This document shows positions 48,301 to 55,987 of a stretch of DNA of 64,000 nucleotides, piece after piece; position 1 is the first letter of the stretch; the number at the start of each line of letters is the position of its first letter. The position numbers and the translations under genes are program-made. The notes beneath the pieces are model-generated. The model made no database searches and had not been told where the DNA came from. It worked only from the letters and a program-made list of their open reading frames with translations. Origin of the DNA: Schizochytrium sp. TIO01. Lineage: Eukaryota > Protista > Bigyra: Labyrinthulomycetes. The DNA is taken from positions 3,968,001-4,032,000 of the forward strand of contig SMSO01000034.1 in assembly GCA_004764695.1 (NCBI GenBank). The letters are read 5' to 3'.

Positions 48301-50722
48301 TTATGGGGCAGGAGAACTTGACACAACCAGCGTTGTTGTCCCATCGCCTTTAAATACTGCCAAAAAGCATCGCTCTATTGTTCTTTACGAGCCTCCCGAA
48401 GGGCGGCTGCGAATTAGCTACGAAAGCGCAGCAAGCACACAAACAGTCATGGTTACAACACCTGGCATGCAAGAGCATGTGCTTGTACCAAGTCGTGACA
48501 GGTCACGTGGATGTTTAAGCTTAAATCTTGGTGTTGCAGTTGATGTCGGACCAGGGATGCTTCATCGCACAAACATGATTACAATTGTTCCTCGCTTTAC
48601 ATTTGCAAATTACACAAGTTGCGATCTCTACGTCAGACTTCATTCAACTCATGGAATAAGCAACGAGCCCATCAAAATCTCGCCCGGAGGAAGTATGCCA
48701 TTCTGGGTTTCATCTGCTGAGTCAATTGAACTTAACCCTGGGTTTCAAGTCCGTTTTGGTTCTCAGCGGGTAAGTCCTGTGAGTGACAAGACTGGTCCTC
48801 GAGTTCAGACAACTGAGTGGTCTGGTAGAATCAACGTCCACAAGTTGCTTCGTGAACGTACAGTTATCTCATGCCGATTGAAGCGTGGTTCATTCTTTGA
48901 GATCTACCAGCTTGAAGTTCACGTGGGTGATAGCGCAGGTTCAATTGTTGTGGATCTTTCGGAGCATGGCCTTGAGGAGCTTCGCAACACAGACACAAAT
49001 ACTACGGTTCGGGCATCAGAAACTAAACGCAAAAGCTTTTTTAGTCGGTTCTCACGAATAAAGTTCTTTCTCTCTGTATCTGCAGTACAAATACATTTAC
49101 AGAGAGATCAGACTGAGCTAAGTGTGTTCTATAGAGGACAAGAACAGTCTCGGAAAGAACGGAACGAGCGCATTGCGAAGCGCACCGGCATTCGTACGCA
49201 GCGTCACACAGCTCGTCGCCCTGAAGCAATCACAACTCTTTCGTTGCAGGTTTTTAAGATTGTCTACCTCACAGACCAGATTACAGACAAATTTTCGATC
49301 CGTTGCGGGTCTTTAGTGGTTGTCGATCAGACTAGCGAGCCCCTGTTCCCAGAGGTACTTTCTGGGTCAGGAACTGGATCTTCCGCGACCCTTGCCAATG
49401 CAGATGATGGCAAGGGATCATTCTTTCATTTGCGCCTCTTTAACAAGAGGACGAATATTCCGGGTTACACTGAACTTGATTTAGTGGAAGTGAATATAGC
49501 TCCTTTGGATCTCAAACTAGCTGAGACCTTTCTGCTAGAGCTTCTTGACCTAAAGACAAGCGTTTTGCACGCGAATAAGCTTGAGTCTCAAAAAAATACA
49601 GAGTCAGGCGTTGAATCTGTACGGGCTGTATTTATGTGGGAGGATTTGGGCCAGGTTTCGCGAGCAGCTCGTCGCTGGGCGCGTCGGCGTGCTGAAAAAG
49701 CAGGTGTCCCCTGGTACGGTTCTGCAGCTGAGCTTGATGACAACTTCGATGCTATGGTTCTCAGCGGTCGTTCAAGTGTCAGTACTGGAGGAAATGGTAG
49801 CGCTCTTGGTCTTAACTCGATTAAAATTAATCGAGTGTTGATTTCAAAGGTTGAAATTCGTCTTAGTTACCAGCAACATCATGACAAGCTACAGTCCGCG
49901 GCTTTATATGATCTAGGTGGAGGTCTTCTGAGTCGCATGCACTTGCGTGTCGATGATGCGCGCATGAGTTTGGATGCTTTCGAAAAGTCTAACTTTATTG
50001 GATCCTCAACGACGTTGTTTGCTTTGATTCAGAATCACTATCAGGATGAGGTTCGCAAATCAATCATGGGGATTTTCTCCGCTGTGAGCCTGCGCTCAGA
50101 TTTTGGCATCGCTGCAACTATTCGAGACCGTCTTTCTCTTACCTCAGCAAAAGTACAATCGGATGAGTTCCCAATGACAACATATCCAAGTAGCGAGGCC
50201 CTTGTACAAGATTACAAACGGAGACTCCGCCCGGACAAATCATGTAACAGCATTGAGAGTTTTGTGACGTTACTGCGAAATTTTGTCTATGATTGGAGGA
50301 ACAACCACCGTTTCTTATACGGCCGTAAAGTCTGCGTTATTGGTATTGTTAATCGTTCCTCAAAGGGTATACGTGTAGATAAACCAAAGGCAAATCGACT
50401 TGCACGCGGGCAAATTCTAGTACCGCACACCGAGATCCCTCCTGTTAATAGCGCTTCGATCCTCGAACCTTGGAAATCTGGTCGGGAGTGGAATGAGAAA
50501 GGCTATACAGCTTGGGTAGTCTCATCAAAGCTGAAGGAATCTGTCATTTTGACAGCAGAGTGCTTAGCATTTAAGTTAAAAGCGAGCGTACCTGGCGAGT
50601 TGGCCATTACTTCGAGTCAAAACTTTAATGTTGCATTTCTATATCGTGATGTGCAGAGTACAAATGCACTTTATGTCATTGCAATTGAAGACCGTCTCCC
50701 TCTATCGTTTCGCAATCATTAA
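39362..50722 (+). CDS. VPS13: VPS13-family bridge-like lipid transfer protein, 3786 aa, single coding exon
   Basis: Chorein-N start (L..YFGRYIDGINEENLRLAVWAGEIDLEGLELK...VPWSKLGSQPV). Also IMDNIQITVTNVHVRLED, WWKYAYKCV, GWLSGWF, APILLLP..LDLG, VAB-type repeats (LRNESGLPL, YWIVNHTGLELHY, ITIVPRFTFANYT) and C-terminal IAPLDLKL...HYQDEV. Confidence 0.95.
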   Translation: MAKRILLGVLQDYFGRYIDGINEENLRLAVWAGEIDLEGLELKKEVLDTLRLPLHIHCGHIQKFKVSVPWSKLGSQPVQVHIDGVYLLARLAPEDEDDGEESEDIVGNLGPNNAAGNAGGDDDELEDFEDQDLDEGEDYFEANSEPESSGIDPSITSTKLTTSGSTNLSSPSSKKHARRKKKLPRRIVEKRIRLRWANLLAAGEGSKQGEHRGAENPADQSFWSRLGAKIMDNIQITVTNVHVRLEDMMSIPGHPYAVGLTFEKFATITCDEEGKPVFVERKNKNNGMSNDSTFYKSVQMQSLAMYWDNDKPMIYNKTRSELDFAYLLAKGIWRKEMRATYHEKDPHVDPVLEYRNLHHFLLRPCSPSMVVAKNESSDFTQPRYKMDIDFDDISIVVSRRQYSMALTLQRSLAQNSILSVYREHRPLDSPVEDPAAWWKYAYKCVKIRSAALRLNRQSTGVSDDHDKERDQAKLLRLAQADNGRTNWLEIVHQAKQRELYIRLYKKLVYAEISLSGKGKNTDPTPELDDIRSHLQELEDDLEVQNTLAYRATALAEVSAEQKKGNAAAQQSGASRSKGWLSGWFAEQNARQDEDIVALQASTELTPEERAELIDAVNFFETIQDHHIPDGTVHVLAKSTLRYGSVALADLDYNKILFSSEISGRHTLESRFGNSWKHSFVLKTLTLWDHEAASSGSEAQAQVLAPKYDDSDGKTKGNACVLHAEYQPATYDLDTNEPLSKELYTVRVAAVPFRVVLLPRWTNQFSHFFNARGGYYTMLESAEPLRRNVDLDNDSSIPTRGRRHSSTYAVPPGGGAAHSRGHNSLAQDDDGAPTFDQAFNAEVNWVAEYVERANEATRKLEEEAMQSVTGARLRPDFDVEMNVAAPILLLPVFGLRYGSHRESTQSLIMLDLGHVRVSKHDTPDSAVERNLLRKRGSTDSFGGGYSRESVGTEDSTRDDDFLDAMEQQLEQEDDLDEALGMLGHDVKEEKRQLRESLEDDDDSNSQIEGLVATPPPRTGSVNTVNTDFSQELGKGAWNISIQRIRSSILVLPNGMDWTTALTEAGSGSILSSASQDEVFQLIEEFDINIAMFHMLSLKRSPRVEVQLGVVTTYITPTGLLSLWKLRNQWTTEAWWWLQNSEGIPSETESTATPSAPEGLPKDGRRLSSGLGGGYFIPKTDHRSSLGSSSSGNKKALYGSPHHRQDSDLKNETSRLNAPGGQLAGSSFGIFYSFSSSKIIVNLCADAHPGRSQLRFLACELRGLEIQYVQRSRGSYAHVELRSIDAVDVFAKPNAKEGEEVYFVQSEGEGASGTKSLISIDTRWRNGDSPDASPRLIYTVAKFHKLRIQWNPNTVAALRFLVVKRFKNGLMGQAKLDHRKNIAATAAAAAAQKSLQDAKESRSDQQKDVTGTNEATSSDPTRFVVVIYLSSLTIALRKRGEVLAEASMTRASVKMSRSSEVVRAQGELGNVLVQGRGHELFSVASKNEALVKFSLMSKPRLDESEMSIQINSSRYVHQHRIFLEIVDYTNEGVFETIFGESRSIVDNAGDVLRSAIRNNQPASKQKSSKHTFEVDMKTFEIMFPVTPAPQEARFLAMSCANLQAFTKKAESFHGKATQVRMTGFRVYTHEAPLLDNPVDFALDVVLSKEEGMQVNGKISDMTMNLAVNQYWLIQNMLSNNIMQDPNIPPAMNEDQQFGASVTASSSEDEESYPMLDLPSPVETEQPELVAYPYDDPDNKGLVFHINIVFGRVSLLLTQELPSNGGSPESIAEFSMENFSGLVFRNEPTGYTTIEVRVASMDCIDQRPISQANWFRHLIMSNPRGSLEPMDQRPHPTALGSTPVNPDLAFFFRYIHSERKVRLDLVNFRSVFMKDLLGDVVRFWTSTDPNKDNDELINMYKKPNVPVASPRDTEYERSTCHEDDLVVDWQGEFNLVDPCLCFVPDFTDPSSRMIVVRSNISFGWKASGDSDRCQFSHWHGCLNNVEAYVATASNPDDHVRDEGSLSSSSSSSSSSSSESITSSVQGSSGDLRRYSFGHEGILQQLLEPTDLNWSYEYEEVAPRSKVHSRRVHLMCGQLEIYMSMNDLALIGAIASNLRHYGEHASEETDLVERTKEASKARLVRLVEGLRAQDSSKTLCSEDDIDDAPSSSRSFTEISYKIDEDYIEFVVPKETIDIGVLLFQDRGFLRVENMYNSGIDGGPSICHEFGVEVGDYLLEMNSTFVCNESPEIMQERLISAKPPFTLKFLRGTSQKPAILQDSLNVGTQKVIFNLIDDLDSGDMPLSNLVLTKIDMFLNGSSDGNYLCGSQMEMTGAHFFDLRAGSWGVLLDPGFINITCTYYSSGELEVSIDIPEPISCNLSDTFLRVISNSIARAGEAAKAEGRSLRPTVSPGALNRKLKKVYAKSPQGRAVDQDLNKAFLLRNESGLPLRFWNLGDDPGTTAVYVSSDTDEVTLGFPHHSGTGHGTIRGFCQYKSLCIAFLYPKDLARDGSIAAASTGSSELEQVWETLEGVVINKIGDGVARLVARKSRRSFSPNGLRIKWSVQIDDETRKLKLVVSSLLQVCNHLDYSVRVLANCPTWSAARTLPWKLEPGESRMLPALFGDATEIRVQPMLPEHLEENASHAYEWSGPIHATLASQGNTAYTELECSLSNGKTRYLCASVEPDEDGVTTVFALYPQVRFRNLLPQDIMFQEYIPEVDPEMPIGAGFINSGEEVQLHSLTSSSFTSGILSKIALKLEASDWTTEFPLRANRTRRRGASMYRRHGAKRFRKISFLTARQQPRQGTAKQARPITMQVRGAPPLPPRPPELLMASAATSQSQLSTAGGIAAPPPLVSSIKVKSSGLQRTSSSGTQEDNISTVGSISSNRTLTEGDDWEEDFEDEVNLEEDIDEFGIDEEDDFADDEAHDQASGKGRHLQRTSSSGTVEGDITPMHQNTVVFQGLAGNGECRVKLVCEEAEAGGLLAVLYADYWIVNHTGLELHYGAGELDTTSVVVPSPLNTAKKHRSIVLYEPPEGRLRISYESAASTQTVMVTTPGMQEHVLVPSRDRSRGCLSLNLGVAVDVGPGMLHRTNMITIVPRFTFANYTSCDLYVRLHSTHGISNEPIKISPGGSMPFWVSSAESIELNPGFQVRFGSQRVSPVSDKTGPRVQTTEWSGRINVHKLLRERTVISCRLKRGSFFEIYQLEVHVGDSAGSIVVDLSEHGLEELRNTDTNTTVRASETKRKSFFSRFSRIKFFLSVSAVQIHLQRDQTELSVFYRGQEQSRKERNERIAKRTGIRTQRHTARRPEAITTLSLQVFKIVYLTDQITDKFSIRCGSLVVVDQTSEPLFPEVLSGSGTGSSATLANADDGKGSFFHLRLFNKRTNIPGYTELDLVEVNIAPLDLKLAETFLLELLDLKTSVLHANKLESQKNTESGVESVRAVFMWEDLGQVSRAARRWARRRAEKAGVPWYGSAAELDDNFDAMVLSGRSSVSTGGNGSALGLNSIKINRVLISKVEIRLSYQQHHDKLQSAALYDLGGGLLSRMHLRVDDARMSLDAFEKSNFIGSSTTLFALIQNHYQDEVRKSIMGIFSAVSLRSDFGIAATIRDRLSLTSAKVQSDEFPMTTYPSSEALVQDYKRRLRPDKSCNSIESFVTLLRNFVYDWRNNHRFLYGRKVCVIGIVNRSSKGIRVDKPKANRLARGQILVPHTEIPPVNSASILEPWKSGREWNEKGYTAWVVSSKLKESVILTAECLAFKLKASVPGELAITSSQNFNVAFLYRDVQSTNALYVIAIEDRLPLSFRNH

Positions 50723-50964
50723 GCCTATTAGCCGATTTTTTCTTCCCCTTACAAATATAGCTTTTGTAAGCATTTGCGTTCAAAGAATTACGATCAAATG
50801 AGCCAATCTTGCTCCAAGCCTTAAGAGCCTTGGAATTGGAATTCAAAATATTTAAGAACAAAACAACAACCATATTTTAAAAAAAATCTAAAAACAATTA
50901 CAACAATCTGCATTTATTCAAACTAAGGGCAGTAACTCAATATACTCTTTCACAGGGTGCATTT

Positions 50965-52875
50965 TTACCGCCCTATTCCTAACATTGTTCGTGTGCGTAG
51001 GAAACGCACATTAGTTGTATCACCATCCCGCTCTATGGTAACTCCTTCACTACGCTTACTCTGTTGGATGGTATCTGTCATATCAGCGCCCGTTAAACTC
51101 GAAATAAATCCCGAGGCTTGGGAATTCGATCGTGAGAACATTCGCACATTGCGATTCGAATTCCATCGTGACAAACTCGAGACTGTTCCAGGAGAGTTGA
51201 GCCCTGGCAAAATAGAGCTATCAGCTCCTGGCTTAAAGTTACGCTGTTTTCGTTTTTTCTTCGCCAACTTTTCCAACGCAGATCGGAAGCGTTCTTGCTG
51301 CTTTGGAGTGTAGTTGATCGCACATACAGTCTGGCTACTAACGCATTCTTCTGGGCCTTTATTAACTTCACTTCTAGCACGATCAATGCACTGATGCAAG
51401 TAAACACGTGCACGAAGACGTTCACGAAGCCGATTTTTACTTGACTGCGTACTTCCATCTGGACCCAAGGTTGTTGCCGATTCGGTTGCGGAACTTGTTC
51501 CAAGTCCACGTTGGCCATGAGCTAGCCCTCGACCAATACTGAATTGACTGTTATCTCTCTTTCGTAAACGGAAACGCATTGACGAGGAATTCAAAATTTG
51601 CTCAGACGATTCTGTGTGAACCTCATTTTGTGTACTTCCAGGATTAGTTGAATTTGTTTGCGCTGGTTCTTGCTGACCTTGTGTAAAGCTCTGGCTGGAT
51701 GTGAGCTGGTTTTGATGACTACTAAAAGGTTCTGTTGGGCTATTAGGAACTGAGTGAAATGCCGCTGGCTCTGGCGTACTAATATTTGCTCCTTTGGCAG
51801 TAGAAAGAGCATTTTCTGTTTGCTGCTTGCCTGAGCCAGCGACTGACTGATCATGTTTAGCTTTTGCTGGTCCTGCAGATATGGATCTGTCGTCATCGCT
51901 GTCGCTAGAACCATTTTCACTGGAATCATCTTCAAGGTCGGGTTCTTCATGAATGTGCTCATTCAAAGGAAACCGTAAACTTTCCAAGAGATATGGCTGA
52001 AAATCAGGTTCAATCTCTCTGACTTCTTGGGTTTGAAAAGCCACTTTTGGTTCAAGAGTCTTGCGATTCAACAGCTCAATAGCTTCGCTCGTGGATACGG
52101 AAATTTTGCTTGGGTCTGTCTGAAGGTTTGCTATCTCTTCATTCTCAGGGTCTTTTCCGAATCGAAATGAGCCCGATGAGGCATTTTCCTGGTCTGAAGT
52201 ATTGCTATTAAAACTAGAATACATCGAGGACGGAACACTTGCTTGTGGCGCCATAGCAAATCGTATACGACTTGAGTCTGCGCCACCTTTTGGATAGGAC
52301 GCCATATTTGGTGATGCGGAACTTTCTGTGGAAGCGTTGCTCCCAATGGCTCGCCCTCTTCCTCCACTACCCATGTTTAGAGACTCACCAAAACGTCCAG
52401 CACCAGTGGCTTCTTTTCGTGATGATGGAGGCGCTATGAAATTGTGAGAAGTTGGTGAGTTAGTTGGGGGCGATGGTTCATAGTCAAAGTGGGGAGACAC
52501 TATACCCAAATCCGCAATCGCATCAACAATACTCGTTCGACGGGCGCCTCGAGCAGGGCGATCGTCAATCCGAAAGCTGGTTGGTGTGGATGGTGACTTT
52601 TCTGCTTTCATATGCTTGCGAGTGAACTTGGCGCGTACAATTGCGCCAACTTTGCTTGAGAGGCTTACTTTTTCCGGTGGTCTTGGTATCGGCTGATAAC
52701 CTCTGCGCATTGGCTCAAAAGTCAATTCGTTAAACTGAAGTCTCATAGAACCTAGCATGGAGTTGTTGAATTGGCCGGAACCATGGGTTTCACTGTGCGA
52801 TGAGGTTAGCTCGTCATTCTGCTGGGTAAATGAACCTGATTGGGTAGCGTCTTTTTTGGTGATGATAGATGACAT
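50965..52875 (-). CDS. Uncharacterised Ser/Thr-rich, largely disordered protein (636 aa)
   Basis: 1.9-kb ORF. Low-complexity composition with a basic helical patch (RLRERLRARVYLHQCI...LEKLAKKKRKQR). No recognisable domain. Confidence 0.8.
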   Translation of the reverse strand: MSSIITKKDATQSGSFTQQNDELTSSHSETHGSGQFNNSMLGSMRLQFNELTFEPMRRGYQPIPRPPEKVSLSSKVGAIVRAKFTRKHMKAEKSPSTPTSFRIDDRPARGARRTSIVDAIADLGIVSPHFDYEPSPPTNSPTSHNFIAPPSSRKEATGAGRFGESLNMGSGGRGRAIGSNASTESSASPNMASYPKGGADSSRIRFAMAPQASVPSSMYSSFNSNTSDQENASSGSFRFGKDPENEEIANLQTDPSKISVSTSEAIELLNRKTLEPKVAFQTQEVREIEPDFQPYLLESLRFPLNEHIHEEPDLEDDSSENGSSDSDDDRSISAGPAKAKHDQSVAGSGKQQTENALSTAKGANISTPEPAAFHSVPNSPTEPFSSHQNQLTSSQSFTQGQQEPAQTNSTNPGSTQNEVHTESSEQILNSSSMRFRLRKRDNSQFSIGRGLAHGQRGLGTSSATESATTLGPDGSTQSSKNRLRERLRARVYLHQCIDRARSEVNKGPEECVSSQTVCAINYTPKQQERFRSALEKLAKKKRKQRNFKPGADSSILPGLNSPGTVSSLSRWNSNRNVRMFSRSNSQASGFISSLTGADMTDTIQQSKRSEGVTIERDGDTTNVRFLRTRTMLGIGR

Positions 52876-54004
52876 TTTTACACCCTCTTGGTGAGTAAAG
52901 GCAAATTGTTTTGTCCAAGAGCAGAGGTTGCTCTGTAAGAATTATTAGATGCTTTTTCGTGAAAAATCTAGCGCGTGACAAAATTGGGTGGAACCTATCA
53001 GGACACAACACCCAATTGACAACGTCGCTTGAGATTATGCGAGCGGAGCCCACAACTCTGATGCCCCTTCAGAACAAAACCAGCCTCGTTCCCGCGACAC
53101 GCGGGGTATCTACTTCTTTTCGCACCGAGGCGTTGTTTCTTCTGAGTCCTAATCGTGAAAGACCTGTTGCAAACCTGCTTCCATGCTCTCCGTGCAGCGA
53201 GCGACAGAAATGGTGTCAGCGAGAGTTATTAATTTTCCCTTATACAATCTGATCAGAAGTTCCACAAGCTCTTATAGTCACCATGCGTGCGTTCGCGAGC
53301 CCTACTCCGCGCCGTCCAATTAAGTTGCAAGTGAGACCTACCACATTTATTCATGCCATCGTGATAGTAGTAATACCTTATATCTCCGAAAAAAATTATC
53401 ATGACTTATTTATAATAAAACGTGGAGGGGAACCCGAAACGGTGTGTACTGGAGGTGTGTACGTTTGTAGTCGCGCGGGCTGGGAACGATACTGGGGCTT
53501 CAGGCGAGGGGGTTTCGCACTAGAATGATATCTAGTAAGGGAAATTAAATAATGAATCTAGAAAAAAAATGCTGAGATTGTGATGGAATAATGGTAAACT
53601 GGATGCTTGTCTGTATCTTATATCATTTCAGGCAAAGACGATCAGTAACAGCGTTGATGGAAAACGGAGTCCGACACGTTTTAGCACAGCGGCCAATTAA
53701 AAGTAGCGTAGCATCGATAGCTCCGACAACACCAGGACGCTGGTAAGCTCAAAAACCATTGCACTTGCAACATAGATATTTTCCGTTTGAAGTAGACGAA
53801 TACCTTATCGAGCACGAAACTTTCGAGACTATCTATATGACATCGCTGAAATAGTTGCGTCATCTAGAATCTTAATCTGATCTTCAGCCAAGTTTGAGGG
53901 GTAGTGCATGCCATTGCAAGGAGATACGCTACAGTAAACTTCACACATTGGCTCTCTGTATGAGGCGGGTACGAAGAAGGAGCTGCAAAGATCAGAACTA
54001 GACA

Positions 54005-55132
54005 ATGTTTATTCATGCAATAAGAACCGGTTCTCCCGCTTCACAGCTCGGGCTTGGTGTGGAGAGGCACAAAGCCAGAAAAAGATCTTCGGTAGGAAAA
54101 CGGGGTTCCTTTCAGATGCCAAAGACAAACAAGAATAATGATTTCGTGTCAAGTGTTCTTGAAGAGAGTGTAAGAACAGAAATGGCTGAACGCGATGCAA
54201 AGATGAGGGTTCATCAAGAAAGAGTGCATACATTGCATCGAGTGTCTACCCTTTACAATGTTAACCGCAAAGATACCAAGATACTGCACCAAATGCGTGG
54301 TGTAACACGTAGTAAGACGGTAAGCGATTTTGATGGTTGGGAAATAGACAGTGCTCTTCGACCTCAAACAGCAAAACCTCGTAAAGTCAAAGAAAAAGTA
54401 GCAACAAAATCTAAGCAAAGTAAAGAACCTTCTGGCTGGCGTCTAGGCGGGTGGCGGCACCCATCAGACTTTAATCGTGAGAGCAACAAGACGAGAGTGC
54501 AGCAATTAAGGCCACAGTCTGCATGCGAGCGTCGCCCTTCTAGAGCTGTGCAAACCCGTCGAGATTCGCAGCGTTCTGCTTATAAGACTGCATCTGCCAA
54601 GCTAGCGTCGAAAGATGACGAAGCTTGTCACTATTGCGAGAAGTATCGCCGCCCAAAATCCGCTGGGGAGCGGCGTGTCATCGTCGCCGGGGAAATAAGA
54701 AAAACACCAGCACAGGAAGTTCATGAACTTATGGATATGACCATCCTAGCACCAAGCGAGCTTTCACCTGATGAAATTCTCGATCGCTTAGATGCACCAC
54801 GAAAGGATCGTGAACGTCGCCTTGCTATGCAAGAGCAGGTTGCCGAAGCATTTCGACATTTACCACGCCTTCGGAGTATTTCAAGTGCCAAAATTCGACG
54901 ACATTTAGAAAGTGCCGGCTCGGAGAATGGAGAAATCGATCGAGGCAATTTTATTACTGCTGTGCGAGGAAGTGGGCTGACAAATCAGGTAAACCTTGCG
55001 TCTCGTGCATTTTCATCGTTTGACCTTGATGCAGATAACCAAATTCAGATTGATGATTTTGTTCAATTCTATGCAAATATTCGTCGAAGCGCTGTACAAC
55101 AATATACGAGTTTCGTGTTTGAAAGGGAATAG
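54005..55132 (+). CDS. Basic disordered protein with a C-terminal EF-hand pair
   Basis: EF-like loops ENGEIDRGNF (degenerate) and FDLDADNQIQIDDF. Three RPx[ST]A motifs in the N-terminal half. The 3' end may be incomplete. Confidence 0.8.
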   Translation: MFIHAIRTGSPASQLGLGVERHKARKRSSVGKRGSFQMPKTNKNNDFVSSVLEESVRTEMAERDAKMRVHQERVHTLHRVSTLYNVNRKDTKILHQMRGVTRSKTVSDFDGWEIDSALRPQTAKPRKVKEKVATKSKQSKEPSGWRLGGWRHPSDFNRESNKTRVQQLRPQSACERRPSRAVQTRRDSQRSAYKTASAKLASKDDEACHYCEKYRRPKSAGERRVIVAGEIRKTPAQEVHELMDMTILAPSELSPDEILDRLDAPRKDRERRLAMQEQVAEAFRHLPRLRSISSAKIRRHLESAGSENGEIDRGNFITAVRGSGLTNQVNLASRAFSSFDLDADNQIQIDDFVQFYANIRRSAVQQYTSFVFERE

Positions 55133-55987
55133 TATGTCCATGGAAAAGCAAGGAGGCATCAAAGTATCGCTGCTTATTTTAATTTATTATTTTATTTCTC
55201 CTGTTAAGTTTCTACCTTCTGGCACACTGCCCTTCTTGGTTCAAGGTTGTGTTATAGATTTTTTGACTGCTCAACCTGTTATCATGTCATGTCATCATTC
55301 CAACTATTTCATTTTTGATTATTCTTATTATAATAATTATTATTGTGTTAAAGAAAAAGAAAAAACTAGAAATAGAGCGTGTAATCGGTATTTTTCTCTG
55401 GAGCTAGGAATTTCCAAAAAAACCACAACTCTTTAATCTAGCTAGCTCAACAGAGGCGATGTGACTAGAAGAGTAAAATTGACATATCTTCTGTGCTCGG
55501 CAATACAGGAAAAGAGACGTAGAATGCTGCCGCTTTCTCGAACTCCAGCTATAAAAACACATTACCTTTTTCTTTGTAAACAATGAACGATCAGTTCGTT
55601 CACAGTTCGTATCCTAGGCTCAGTATTGTAAAGTTTTACTCACTAATTTTTTAAATTAAAACTATGTGCTGATGGCTTCATAGAAAGATACCCAATGCTA
55701 GGTATCTATGCACTACCAAACAAGTTGTTCTACAATCACAAATCGTGTATGTTACCTACTAGATATACATATCATCTGCCTACCTAAAAAAAGAATAAAG
55801 GAGAGCAAGGTAGTTAGGTGCAGAACCCTTTTTCAAAATCTTGTTTGGGTCCTTTGCGTGTTTAATTACAATTCCATCCGACACCTCATTGCAGCTTATT
55901 GAGGATACAGTCAAAGACCCGATTGATGGGCGTGCTGCTGACTAGTCGGTAGTCGTAGCTTGCGCGTGCAACAAGGCCTGGTAGGGT

